From NCBI GenBank assembly GCA_900766925.1, contig CAAFXG010000316.1, positions 3,735 through 67,734 of the forward strand: 64,000 nucleotides of DNA. Direction: 5' to 3'. Of this stretch, positions 28,039-38,218 are shown in pieces. The position numbers and the translations under genes are program-made. The notes beneath the pieces are model-generated. The model did no database searches, was not told the DNA's origin, and saw nothing but the letters and a program-made list of their open reading frames with translations. Source of the DNA: Lachnospiraceae bacterium (GTDB taxonomy: Bacteria > Bacillota > Clostridia > Lachnospirales > Lachnospiraceae). How positions within the stretch are numbered: the first letter of the stretch is position 1; every line of letters begins with the position of its first letter.

Positions 28039-28971
28039 ATGGATTATCAGGAAGTATTGTACATACTCAAGAGAAAAGTGAGAAGAATATTCAAAAAAAC
28101 CAAGAAATTTTGTAAAAGAACCTGGCGTAAATTTGTACATTGGTTAAGATGGTATATCCGTTTGCTTATCAGGCATACTAAGGCTAAGGATTACAGCGTA
28201 TTAATCTATACAATTACAGCATTAATTGTATTTATTCTTGTGATTTCATTGATTGGAAAAGCATTTTCATCACTTGGTCACAAGGACAAAAAAAAGGAAG
28301 TCGAGCCTACAACCGAGATTGTAACCCCGGTTGAACCTACCATGACAGATGCAGAAAGAGAGCACCAACAGCTTGTAAGCCAGAGTAAGATTATATATGA
28401 CAATAACAAGGATTTCCTTATTCTTGTAAATGATACTCATCCACTTGATGAAGATTACACCTTTGAACATCATACCTTAAACAGCGGATACGATATTGAC
28501 GAGAGAATATTTAATGATTTGGTTAACATGCTTACGGACCTTAATAATGAGGATTTACATTATTCAATTGTATCAGGATACAGAAGCAGACAATACCAGC
28601 AGTCATTAATTGATAATGACGTTGCAACATACATGAATCAGGGTATGTCACAGGAGGAGGCCTATGAATTAACGATACAGTCTGTACAGCTCCCGGGTTG
28701 TAGTGAACACGAGACCGGACTTGCTCTTGATATTACCTCTGAGGGCATTTATGAGCTGACAGAGAATATTCAAGAATATGAAACCATACAGTGGCTTACT
28801 GAAAATTGTCATAAATACGGCTTTATATTAAGATATCCAAAGGATAAGGTTTCATCAACAGGAATAAAATACGAACCTTGGCATTTCAGATATGTTGGTC
28901 TGGAGGCGGCTGCCTTCCTTCAGAAAAATAATCTGTCATTGGAGGAATTTTATGAGCTGCTAGGCAAATAA
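28039..28971 (+). CDS. D-alanyl-D-alanine carboxypeptidase, VanY/M15B family
   Basis: TM anchor. Motifs are SGYRSRQYQQSL, SEHETGLALDI and EPWHFRYVG. Confidence 0.85.
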   Translation: MDYQEVLYILKRKVRRIFKKTKKFCKRTWRKFVHWLRWYIRLLIRHTKAKDYSVLIYTITALIVFILVISLIGKAFSSLGHKDKKKEVEPTTEIVTPVEPTMTDAEREHQQLVSQSKIIYDNNKDFLILVNDTHPLDEDYTFEHHTLNSGYDIDERIFNDLVNMLTDLNNEDLHYSIVSGYRSRQYQQSLIDNDVATYMNQGMSQEEAYELTIQSVQLPGCSEHETGLALDITSEGIYELTENIQEYETIQWLTENCHKYGFILRYPKDKVSSTGIKYEPWHFRYVGLEAAAFLQKNNLSLEEFYELLGK

Positions 28972-28989
28972 TTTTTAGGGGAATAAATT

Positions 28990-29871
28990 ATGTCCAAAAA
29001 AGAGAGCAAAAGAAGAATCAAGCGTCGCAGTAAATCATATAGGAGAGCAATGATATATGTAAATCTGTTCTTCGTATGCTTTATAATATTTTTCTTTATA
29101 TTTGGGGCTGTTCATACCTTTACCAACAAAAAGAATTATCGAAAGGATGGTATTGAATATTACAAGCTCGAGGAATATGAGGCGGCAATCGAAAGCTTTG
29201 ACAGGGCATTGGCATGCAATCAGTGGTTTTCTTCCAAAATGAATGTTGATATTGAATTATACAAGGCTTCCTGTTATATGGAGCTACATGATTATGAGGG
29301 AGCAGCAAGAACATATTCTGACATAGTAAAAAAATATAAGTCAATTTATTTCGACAAAGAAAAGGTTGATTTTATGATTATTTTAAATCAGAACCTTCAG
29401 AAATATTCAGACGGAGACCTTATTTCAACTGTTTCTGTCTTTTGTGAGGCTGTTGAAAAGGGATACTATGAAATGAGCCTTTATGCTGCCATATGCTATG
29501 AAGCGCAGGAAGATATGGAACAGATGAAGCAATATTATGACATCTACAGTAATCATTTTGGTATGAATTCATTTTTGTATTACAAATATGCAACATACTA
29601 TATTCTTAAGGAAGATTATTCCACGGCCCTTTCATATGTTGAGGATGGGATTGCCGGAACCGATCAGGAGTATATAAGATATCTGTTATTTGAACAGATA
29701 TTATGTTATGAAAAGCTTCATATGTACAATGACGCACTTGATTTAGCCACCAGCTATATTTCCAGATATCCGGATGATGTACGGGGGCAGGATATGTACG
29801 AATTTCTTGATACAAGAGTTAACATTAACGAAACTCCACTCAGTGACAAATTCACTGATAAACAGGAATAA
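28990..29871 (+). CDS. Membrane-anchored tetratricopeptide repeat protein
   Basis: N-terminal TM helix. TPR-like repeats include YYKLEEYEAAIESFDRALA and ELHDYEGAARTYSDIV. Confidence 0.6.
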   Translation: MSKKESKRRIKRRSKSYRRAMIYVNLFFVCFIIFFFIFGAVHTFTNKKNYRKDGIEYYKLEEYEAAIESFDRALACNQWFSSKMNVDIELYKASCYMELHDYEGAARTYSDIVKKYKSIYFDKEKVDFMIILNQNLQKYSDGDLISTVSVFCEAVEKGYYEMSLYAAICYEAQEDMEQMKQYYDIYSNHFGMNSFLYYKYATYYILKEDYSTALSYVEDGIAGTDQEYIRYLLFEQILCYEKLHMYNDALDLATSYISRYPDDVRGQDMYEFLDTRVNINETPLSDKFTDKQE

Positions 29872-29898
29872 TATTATGTAAATAACAGGTGATTTCTT

Positions 29899-31128
29899 AT
29901 GTATGATAATAACGAATTAGTTGAGAAGGTTATACTTGTCAGCGTCGATTTAGATAACGGTGAGGATGTTTCGAGTAACCTTGATGAGCTTGAAGAGCTT
30001 GTTAAAACTGCAGGGGCAGTAGTTGTCGGCAGACTTATCCAAAAAAAGGAAAATATAGATAAAGCAACTTATATTGGCTCCGGTAAAACTCAGGAATTAA
30101 AGGATATGGTTTATAATCTTGACGCGACAGGAATTGTCAGTGATGATGAGCTTTCTCCTATGCAGATTTCCAACCTTACTAACGAGCTTGACACAAAGAT
30201 TATGGACAGGACAATGGTTATTCTTGATATTTTTGCCGCAAGAGCCAATACAAGAGAGGGTAAAATACAGGTTGAGCTTGCACAGCTTAAATATCGTTCA
30301 TCCAGACTTATCGGAATGAGGAGCTCTCTTTCAAGACTTGGTGGAGGTATAGGTACAAGGGGTCCCGGTGAAAAAAAGCTTGAAATTGACAGGCGAATAA
30401 TAAGAGATCGTATTGCTCAGCTTGGACGTGAGCTCGAAGATGTGAAGTCCCACCGTGAAGTAATGCGTAAGCAGCGCATGGAAGGTAATTTGCCTATAAT
30501 TTCTATTGTAGGCTATACAAATGCAGGTAAATCAACGCTTCTTAATCATTTGACTGACGCAGGTGTGCTGGAGGAGGATAAGCTGTTTGCAACATTGGAT
30601 CCTACATCACGTAATTTCAAGCTGTCAAATGGGCAGGAGGTAATTATTACAGACACAGTCGGTTTTATACGCAAGCTTCCTCACCATCTGATTAATGCTT
30701 TTCGTTCAACACTCGAAGAGGCTAAATATTCTGATATTATTTTACATGTCGTAGATATTTCAAATCCTCATGCCGACAGTCAGATTGCTGCTGTTTATGA
30801 TACCCTGAACGGACTGGGTGTATCTGATAAACCCATTATTACTGCCTTTAATAAAATTGATAAATGTGATGAGCTTCCGGTTATAAAGGATTTGACAGCA
30901 GACGAGACAATTCGTATTTCAGCCAAAAAGGAAATAGGCTTTGATGAATTATCAGAGGTGCTGGCAAGACAGATAAATAAGCTTCGGGTATACATTGAAA
31001 AAATTATACCATATTCTGACGCCGGACTTGTTAACCGAATTCATACATCAGGTACTATTTTAGAAGAAGAATACAGAGAGGATGGAATATTTATCAGGGC
31101 TTATATTGATTCAAGCCTTGGTATATAA
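29899..31128 (+). CDS. hflX: GTPase HflX
   Basis: HflX N-domain ...IFAARANTREGKIQVELAQLKY..., G1 GYTNAGKST, G3 DTVGF, G4 NKID. Confidence 0.9.
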   Translation: MYDNNELVEKVILVSVDLDNGEDVSSNLDELEELVKTAGAVVVGRLIQKKENIDKATYIGSGKTQELKDMVYNLDATGIVSDDELSPMQISNLTNELDTKIMDRTMVILDIFAARANTREGKIQVELAQLKYRSSRLIGMRSSLSRLGGGIGTRGPGEKKLEIDRRIIRDRIAQLGRELEDVKSHREVMRKQRMEGNLPIISIVGYTNAGKSTLLNHLTDAGVLEEDKLFATLDPTSRNFKLSNGQEVIITDTVGFIRKLPHHLINAFRSTLEEAKYSDIILHVVDISNPHADSQIAAVYDTLNGLGVSDKPIITAFNKIDKCDELPVIKDLTADETIRISAKKEIGFDELSEVLARQINKLRVYIEKIIPYSDAGLVNRIHTSGTILEEEYREDGIFIRAYIDSSLGI

Positions 31129-31135
31129 AATCAAC

Positions 31136-32506
31136 ATGGAGCTTCCAAAATTATTTGAGAGTAATATGCGTTCCCTGCTTGGAGGGGAATTCGAACAATA
31201 TAAAGAATGTCTTGATAAACCTATGTATCATGGTATTCGAATTAATACAACTAAAATTTCAGTTGAGGATTTTCTAAAAATATCTCCGTTTCACCTGGAA
31301 CCGGTTCCATGGTGTTCAAACGGCTTTTATTATGATGAAGAAATTGATAAGCCATCTAAGCATCCATTTTATTTTGCAGGCTTATATTATATACAGGAGC
31401 CAAGTGCCATGACCCCTGCGGCTGTTATTCCCGTTAATAAGGGTGACAGGGTTCTTGATATTTGTGCAGCTCCCGGAGGTAAATCAACAGAATTAGCTTC
31501 AAAGCTTGCTGATACCGGAATACTTGTATCAAACGATATAAGTGCATCAAGAGCCAAGGCTTTACTCAAAAATTTAGAGGTTTTTGGAGTCGGCAATGCA
31601 CTTATTATCAGTGAAGCTCCATATAAGCTTTCTGAGCGTTTCCCCGAGTATTTTGATAAAATACTTATTGATGCACCATGTTCAGGCGAAGGTATGTTCA
31701 GAAAATCAAATTCAATGATTACTGCATGGGAAAATAACGGTAATCAATTATTTGCTGATATCCAGAGAAGTATTTTACCTGAGGCGGTAAAAATGCTTAA
31801 ACCGGGCGGAATGCTTCTTTATTCAACATGCACCTTTGCTCCACTTGAAAATGAACAATCTGTTGAATATTTACTTTCTTTAGATGACAATCTGGAAATT
31901 GTACCATTTGACAAATATGAAAAATTTGATGATGGTCACCCGGATTGGGGTAACACTGACAATGATGCATTAAAGAGTTGTGCAAGACTATGGCCGCACA
32001 GACTTAAAGGAGAGGGTCATTTTGTCTGTCTTGTAAAGAAGAACGGCACGTCAACCAATTCAGGTAATACCGGCGATTACCCTGTAAAAAGAGTAAAGCT
32101 TCCAAATGAGGTTACGGAATTCCTTGATTTGATTAATAAACCCTTTGACAAATCCAGATTCGAAATATCAGGTGATAAATTATATTACATTCCTGAAGCA
32201 TTTCCGGGAGTTCGTGGCTTAAGGATACTAAGATGCGGCTTGTACATGGGTGAACTTAAGAAGAATCGTTTTGAGCCAAGTCAGTCACTTGCAATGTATC
32301 TAAAGGGAGAGGAATTTACAAATTCAATTTCCTTAGCTGCAGATGATGAAAGAATCAAAAGGTATCTTAAGGGCGAAACAATTAACGTAGATGGTAAAGA
32401 CGGCTGGGCATTGATTTGTGTTAACTCATATCCGCTTGGCTGGGGTAAGCTTAACAACGGTACGCTCAAAAATAAATATCTTGCCGGCTGGAGACTTATG
32501 TCCTGA
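31136..32506 (+). CDS. RsmB/RsmF (NOL1/NOP2/Sun) family rRNA m5C methyltransferase
   Basis: SAM motif DICAAPGGKS, and catalytic Cys motifs DAPCSGEG and YSTCT. I prefer ATG 31136 over 31082, which overlaps hflX. Confidence 0.85.
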   Translation: MELPKLFESNMRSLLGGEFEQYKECLDKPMYHGIRINTTKISVEDFLKISPFHLEPVPWCSNGFYYDEEIDKPSKHPFYFAGLYYIQEPSAMTPAAVIPVNKGDRVLDICAAPGGKSTELASKLADTGILVSNDISASRAKALLKNLEVFGVGNALIISEAPYKLSERFPEYFDKILIDAPCSGEGMFRKSNSMITAWENNGNQLFADIQRSILPEAVKMLKPGGMLLYSTCTFAPLENEQSVEYLLSLDDNLEIVPFDKYEKFDDGHPDWGNTDNDALKSCARLWPHRLKGEGHFVCLVKKNGTSTNSGNTGDYPVKRVKLPNEVTEFLDLINKPFDKSRFEISGDKLYYIPEAFPGVRGLRILRCGLYMGELKKNRFEPSQSLAMYLKGEEFTNSISLAADDERIKRYLKGETINVDGKDGWALICVNSYPLGWGKLNNGTLKNKYLAGWRLMS

Positions 32507-32568
32507 CTGTTAGCATTGTTGTGTAAGCGTCATATTATGAAATATATTATTTTATGAGGTTTTTGTAT

Positions 32569-33153
32569 ATGAGTAAAGTAAAAAAAGGTGATTATGGATA
32601 TATAAAAGCATATAAAACAGGTAAATTACTGTGGTCACTCGCTTTTGCGATAATGATATCCATAACTGTAATTGCTACAATAATTATGTTCGGAGATACA
32701 TCCAGGGTTGCCATAGTATTTGCAATACTTTTATCCCTGCCCTTTGCCAAGTTTTTAATTTCGTATATTATGAGCGCTCCGTTTAATCCCTTGTCAGAGG
32801 ATGATTACAGGAAAATATGCGATGGCACATGCGACTCAAATGGGGTATGTCAGGGACTGTACTTTGATATTGCAATTTCCATGTATGAGGGTATTAATTT
32901 TTATCCATCAATGTGTATAAAGAATGGAAGAATATACGCCTATGTAATAGATAAGCAATTTAATACTAACAAAAAGAATTATGAAAAATGGATTAAACAG
33001 TGTATAGCAGACAGTAAATATGATTACCCGATAACTTTATTTGACAATCTTGATGCCTATATCAAAAAGGTTGGGTCAATTAGCAGCCCTAATGATAAAA
33101 CATTATTGATTGACAAATTCATCAAAGACAAAATATTTGAATCTTCATTATAA
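32569..33153 (+). CDS. Hypothetical membrane protein
   Basis: ORF with two predicted TM helices (LLWSLAFAIMISITVIATIIMF and VAIVFAILLSLPFAKFLISYI). I recognised no family. Confidence 0.45.
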   Translation: MSKVKKGDYGYIKAYKTGKLLWSLAFAIMISITVIATIIMFGDTSRVAIVFAILLSLPFAKFLISYIMSAPFNPLSEDDYRKICDGTCDSNGVCQGLYFDIAISMYEGINFYPSMCIKNGRIYAYVIDKQFNTNKKNYEKWIKQCIADSKYDYPITLFDNLDAYIKKVGSISSPNDKTLLIDKFIKDKIFESSL

Positions 33154-33174
33154 GAGATGGTATAAGGATGAAAC

Positions 33175-34185
33175 ATGATTGAATTAATAATTTCAAATAA
33201 TGATGCGGGGCAGCGCCTGAACAAGTTTCTTATGAAATATCTAAATGAAGCTCCATCTTCATTTATTTACAAAATGCTCCGCAAAAAAAATATAGTTCTT
33301 AATAACCTTAAGGCTAAGGGTGATGAAATTCTTGTTTTGGGCGATAGTGTTAAGCTTTACCTTGCAGATGAAACAATAACCCGATTCCAATCAGATAATA
33401 ATAATAAACAGTGTGATAAGGCTGTAACCAATAAGGAAATTAATAAAAATACACTGGTGATTCTGTATAAGAATAACGATATAATTGCGGTTCATAAGCC
33501 TGCAGGTGTTCTTTCCCAGAAATCAAAGTCCTCTGATTATTCAATTAATGAATGTATAGTTGACTATTACAACACGAATATTTCTGATTCCTTATACAAT
33601 CAAACATTTAAGCCCTCTGTCTGTAACCGTTTAGACAGAAACACCTCCGGAATTATACTTGCGGGTATATCTCTTAAAGGAAGTCAAATGCTTTCAAGAA
33701 TGCTTAAGGACAGGGAAGCAGATAAGTTTTATTTTACAATTGTTAAAGGTGATTTTAAATCCAGGAAAAGAATTACATCTTATATCAGTAAAGACGGAAC
33801 CCAAAATATGTCTGTAGTGATTGGGGAAGCAGACTACAACAAATCAAAGAAATATCCTGAAGAATATACAAGGATTGAAACAGAATTCATTCCGGTTTCA
33901 TTTTCTAATGGATTTACATTATTAAAGATTAAACTTATTACAGGCAAATCACATCAAATAAGGGCACAATTAAAGCAGCTTGGCTTTCCGATAATTGGAG
34001 ACACCAAGTATGGGGATGAAAGCTGCAACCGTCAAATGAAGAAGAATTTTAATTTGAAGAATCAGCTTCTTCACGCAGGTCTTGTTATTATGCCTGACCA
34101 AACCAGGATATACGACCCGCTTCCTGAGCAATTTATTATGATTTGTAATGGACTTGGGCTGGATATAAAGAATATTGAAGAATAA
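33175..34185 (+). CDS. RluA-family pseudouridine synthase with S4-like N-domain
   Basis: Catalytic motif CNRLDRNTSGIIL and C-terminal GKSHQIRAQL. Confidence 0.85.
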   Translation: MIELIISNNDAGQRLNKFLMKYLNEAPSSFIYKMLRKKNIVLNNLKAKGDEILVLGDSVKLYLADETITRFQSDNNNKQCDKAVTNKEINKNTLVILYKNNDIIAVHKPAGVLSQKSKSSDYSINECIVDYYNTNISDSLYNQTFKPSVCNRLDRNTSGIILAGISLKGSQMLSRMLKDREADKFYFTIVKGDFKSRKRITSYISKDGTQNMSVVIGEADYNKSKKYPEEYTRIETEFIPVSFSNGFTLLKIKLITGKSHQIRAQLKQLGFPIIGDTKYGDESCNRQMKKNFNLKNQLLHAGLVIMPDQTRIYDPLPEQFIMICNGLGLDIKNIEE

Positions 34186-34198
34186 ATAGGATTTACTT

Positions 34199-34729
34199 AT
34201 GGCAACTTGGAATTCCAGAGGATTAAGAGGTTCGACCTTAGAGGAACTAATCAATCTTACAAATGAATTATACAGAGAAAAAAATCTTGGCTTAGTCCAA
34301 AAAATACCAACACCAATAACCCCGGTCAAAATAGATAAGGAAAATGGAAACATTTCTCTGGCTTATTTTGAAAAGGATTCTACAGTTGATTATATCGGTG
34401 TTGTTCAGGGGATACCCATATGCTTTGACGCAAAGGAATGTGCCACAGATACATTTCCCCTACGCAATATACATGAGCATCAGGTAAGCTTTATGGAGGA
34501 CTTTGAAAGACAGGATGGTATCAGCTTTTTAGTTATAATGTTTACATCCAAAAATGAATTTTACTATTTAAGATTCTCTGAATTAAAGAAATATCTGGAC
34601 AGGGTCAATGACGGTCATGCCAGAAATTTTAAATATGATGAGCTGGACAAAAAATATTTTATACGCTCAGAATCCGGTGCACCGGTTCATTATCTAAAGG
34701 GGCTTCAGCTCGATATAAAGGAAAGGTAG
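34199..34729 (+). CDS. recU: Holliday junction resolvase RecU
   Basis: NSRGLRGSTLEELINLTNELY...VQKIPTPI...VDYIGVVQGIPICFDAKEC matches RecU. Confidence 0.85.
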   Translation: MATWNSRGLRGSTLEELINLTNELYREKNLGLVQKIPTPITPVKIDKENGNISLAYFEKDSTVDYIGVVQGIPICFDAKECATDTFPLRNIHEHQVSFMEDFERQDGISFLVIMFTSKNEFYYLRFSELKKYLDRVNDGHARNFKYDELDKKYFIRSESGAPVHYLKGLQLDIKER

Positions 34730-34737
34730 GAATAAAG

Positions 34738-36696
34738 ATGTACGACTACTATAGAACCGCGGTAGCGGTACCTGATATAAAGGTCTGCGATGTTCAATAT
34801 AATACACAGGAAATTATCAGCAAAATTAACGAGGCAAATAAGGAATCAGTTAAACTGATTACATTTCCGGAGCTTTCTCTTACCGGATACACCTGTGCCG
34901 ACTTATTTCTGCAGGAGCTTGTAATAACAGAGGTCCATAAGGGACTGAGCCAAATTCTTAACGCTTCCTGTGGTCTTGATATGATTATAGTGGTTGGCGC
35001 ACCTGTAAGGCTTTCATACCAGCTTTTTAATTCAGCAATTGTAATTTACAATGGACAGATACAGGGAATTAATGTAAAGACATTTATCCCTAATTATAAT
35101 GAATTTTACGAAAAAAGATGGTTTTCCTCAGCTTCAGAGCTTGATGCAGAAGAGGTATCATCCAGAGAAATACTTGGAAATGAATGCACTGATAATTATT
35201 ACATTCCAATTGGTAATGATATAATTTATCGGGTAAATGACGAGCTTACCTTCGGTATTGAAATATGTGAGGATGTATGGTCACCTTTACCGCCATCTAC
35301 CTGGATGGCAATGTCAGGAGCAGAAGTTATTCTGAATCTGTCAGCCAGCAATGACACAATAGGCAAACGTGATTACAGAAGACAGCTTATCAAAAGTCGT
35401 TCGACAGCTCTAATGTGTGAATATATTTATGTATCATCAGGAAGCTCAGAAAGTAGCACAGACCTGATTTTTTCCGGTCACAGCCTCATAGCTGAAAATG
35501 GAAGAGTTTTGATTGAAAACGAAAAAATAGTTGACAATAATTATATTATGGTATCGGATATGGATTTGGGAAAAATTCGTGCGGACCGTTTGAAGGGAAA
35601 AACCTTCAAGGATACCTACAGATTGTATGGAAAAGAGCATAGTATTCGTCAGATAGAATTTAATATGGAGTGTAATTTGACGTCTGACGGTTCAAAATAT
35701 AGAATCAATCCACGACCTTTTATTCCGTCATCCAAAAGCAAACGACTTGAACGTTGCAGGGATATATTTGACATGCAGGTCGGTGGACTTGCAAAACGTA
35801 TTTCAATAACAGGCGGAAAGATGGTAATTGGTGTATCGGGCGGAATGGATTCAACCCTGGCACTTCTGGTAGGTGCCCAGACACTTAAGAAGCTTGGAAG
35901 GCCAATGACAGACCTTGTTGGTATTACCATGCCGGCCTTTGGAACAACTGACAGAACCTACAATAATTCACTGACATTAATGAAAACCCTCGGAATAAGT
36001 ACTGAAACAATTCCAATAAAGGATGCATGTATACAGCACTATAGGGATATTGGACATGATATCGAGGTTAAAGATATTACCTTTGAAAATGTTCAGGCAA
36101 GGGAGAGAACACAGGTATTAATGGATTATGCCAACAAAATCGGAGCGATTGTGGTAGGTACCGGCGATTTATCCGAGCTTGCTCTTGGCTGGTGCACATA
36201 TAATGCAGATCAGATGAGTATGTATGGTGTAAATGCAAGTATTCCAAAAACTCTTGTAAAATGGCTTATTGACAGTGTTGTCCAATACAACCTGTTTCCG
36301 GACAGCAGTGAGGTATTAAAGGATATTATTGAAACTCCTATTAGCCCCGAGCTTCTGCCACCTGATGAAAATGGCAATATATCACAGAAAACTGAGGATT
36401 CTGTCGGACCATATGAATTACATGATTTCTTTTTATACTATGTAATGCGTTACGGCTTTTCACCATCAAAAATATATTATATGGCTACCCGGGCATTTGA
36501 TGGTGATTATGATTCCTGCACAATCCTTAAATGGATGAAAACATTTTACAGGAGATTTTTTAGTCAGCAGTTTAAAAGAAGCTGTATGCCGGATGGTGTA
36601 AAGGTAGGTAGTGTATGTCTCTCACCAAGAGGCGACTGGAGAATGCCTTCCGATGCCTCAGTTAATATATGGATGAAGGAGCTTGACAATTTATAA
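34738..36696 (+). CDS. nadE: Glutamine-dependent NAD+ synthetase
   Basis: 652 aa. N-terminal CN-hydrolase domain (FPELSLTGY, EICEDVW) plus a synthetase domain with the PP-loop GVSGGMDST. Confidence 0.9.
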   Translation: MYDYYRTAVAVPDIKVCDVQYNTQEIISKINEANKESVKLITFPELSLTGYTCADLFLQELVITEVHKGLSQILNASCGLDMIIVVGAPVRLSYQLFNSAIVIYNGQIQGINVKTFIPNYNEFYEKRWFSSASELDAEEVSSREILGNECTDNYYIPIGNDIIYRVNDELTFGIEICEDVWSPLPPSTWMAMSGAEVILNLSASNDTIGKRDYRRQLIKSRSTALMCEYIYVSSGSSESSTDLIFSGHSLIAENGRVLIENEKIVDNNYIMVSDMDLGKIRADRLKGKTFKDTYRLYGKEHSIRQIEFNMECNLTSDGSKYRINPRPFIPSSKSKRLERCRDIFDMQVGGLAKRISITGGKMVIGVSGGMDSTLALLVGAQTLKKLGRPMTDLVGITMPAFGTTDRTYNNSLTLMKTLGISTETIPIKDACIQHYRDIGHDIEVKDITFENVQARERTQVLMDYANKIGAIVVGTGDLSELALGWCTYNADQMSMYGVNASIPKTLVKWLIDSVVQYNLFPDSSEVLKDIIETPISPELLPPDENGNISQKTEDSVGPYELHDFFLYYVMRYGFSPSKIYYMATRAFDGDYDSCTILKWMKTFYRRFFSQQFKRSCMPDGVKVGSVCLSPRGDWRMPSDASVNIWMKELDNL

Positions 36697-38210
36697 TGAA
36701 ATTAAACGATCTGTTGAAATATAATGATATAACCATTCAATGCCATGACAATCCTGATGCAGATGCAATTGCATCAGGCTATGGTTTATATTGCTTTTTT
36801 CATGCCATGGGCAAGAATGTAAAGCTTATTTACAGCGGAAATAATATTATTCAGAAGGCAAATCTTACCCTTATGATTGAAAAGCTTAACATACCGATTG
36901 GCTATTTCTCACCAACAGAGGTATCTGAGCATAAAATTAAGGGGCTGCTGATAACGGTAGATTGTCAGTATGGTGCGGGTAACGTGACTAAAATAGAAGC
37001 TGACACAATAGCAATAATTGACCATCATCAGATAGAGATAAATAATATTGACTTAAGCCTAATCATGCCCGGTATCGGAAGCTGTTCAACAATTATATGG
37101 AATATGCTGACGGAAGAAAACTTCAATATCTCAGATGATTTAGGTACAGCCTTATATTACGGATTACTGACAGATACTAATCAGTTTACGGAAATGCATA
37201 CTCCATTGGACAGAGATGCTCAGGACGGAATCTCATTTAATAATTCTTTTATTTCACTATTTTGTAATTCCAATATTTCACTTCGTGAGCTTGAAATAGC
37301 CGGAATTGCAATGCTTCGCTACAGCTTTAATGAAGATTATAATTTTGCAGTTATTAAAGCACAGCCCTGTGACCCCAATATTCTCGGATTAATCAGTGAC
37401 TTTTTATTACAGGTACATGAAATATTCACCTGCGTTGTATATAACGAGGTACCCGGTGGTTTTAAACTATCGGTGAGAAGCTGTGTGAGAGAAGTAAATG
37501 CAGGTGAGCTTGCTTCATTCCTTACCCAGGATTTGGGTTCAGGCGGAGGTCACTACCAGAAGGCCGGAGGATTTATAAGTAAGAAGCTTTTTGATGAAAA
37601 ATATACAAGTCTGCATTCAGAAGCGTATTTTAATAACAGAATGGTAGAATATTTCAATAATTATGATTTGGTTTATGCCAATGAATATGAGGCAGATATC
37701 GAATCTATGAAATGCTACAGAAAGAAGAATATCCCTGTTGGTTACGTTAATGCCTATGAGGTTCTTCCGGTCGGTACCCCTATAACAATTCGTACACTTG
37801 AGGGTGACATTGATATGCAGATAGAAGAAGACCTCATCATAATGATAGGTATTAAGGGAGAAGTATATCCAAACAGAATTGAAAAATTCAAGCGTTCCTA
37901 CAAGCCGCTTCCTGATAAATACATTTATAATAAATATGTAATTAACAACGATTATGAGCCTGTAATTAAGGACAGAAATACCGGTGAGATAAAGCCCCTT
38001 ATTGATTATGCAAAGGTTTGTGTTACAACCGGAGAAGTACAAATATACGCAAAGCCGATAGAAAAGGATGTAAAGGTATTTACAAGCTGGGATCAGGAAA
38101 AATATATGAAGGGCAGGATAGGGGATTATCTTGCTGTTCGAACTGATGATTTACATGATGTATATATAGTTGAGCAGAACATTTTCCAAAGAACATATGA
38201 ACAATTATAG
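36696..38210 (+). CDS. DHH/DHHA1 family phosphoesterase with a roughly 170-aa C-terminal extension of unknown family
   Basis: Motifs are HDNPDADAIAS, ITVDCQ, IIDHHQ, GLLTDTNQF and the DHHA1 motif GSGGGHYQKAGG. The ATG overlaps the nadE stop (TAATG). Confidence 0.8.
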   Translation: MKLNDLLKYNDITIQCHDNPDADAIASGYGLYCFFHAMGKNVKLIYSGNNIIQKANLTLMIEKLNIPIGYFSPTEVSEHKIKGLLITVDCQYGAGNVTKIEADTIAIIDHHQIEINNIDLSLIMPGIGSCSTIIWNMLTEENFNISDDLGTALYYGLLTDTNQFTEMHTPLDRDAQDGISFNNSFISLFCNSNISLRELEIAGIAMLRYSFNEDYNFAVIKAQPCDPNILGLISDFLLQVHEIFTCVVYNEVPGGFKLSVRSCVREVNAGELASFLTQDLGSGGGHYQKAGGFISKKLFDEKYTSLHSEAYFNNRMVEYFNNYDLVYANEYEADIESMKCYRKKNIPVGYVNAYEVLPVGTPITIRTLEGDIDMQIEEDLIIMIGIKGEVYPNRIEKFKRSYKPLPDKYIYNKYVINNDYEPVIKDRNTGEIKPLIDYAKVCVTTGEVQIYAKPIEKDVKVFTSWDQEKYMKGRIGDYLAVRTDDLHDVYIVEQNIFQRTYEQL

Positions 38211-38218
38211 GGGGAAAC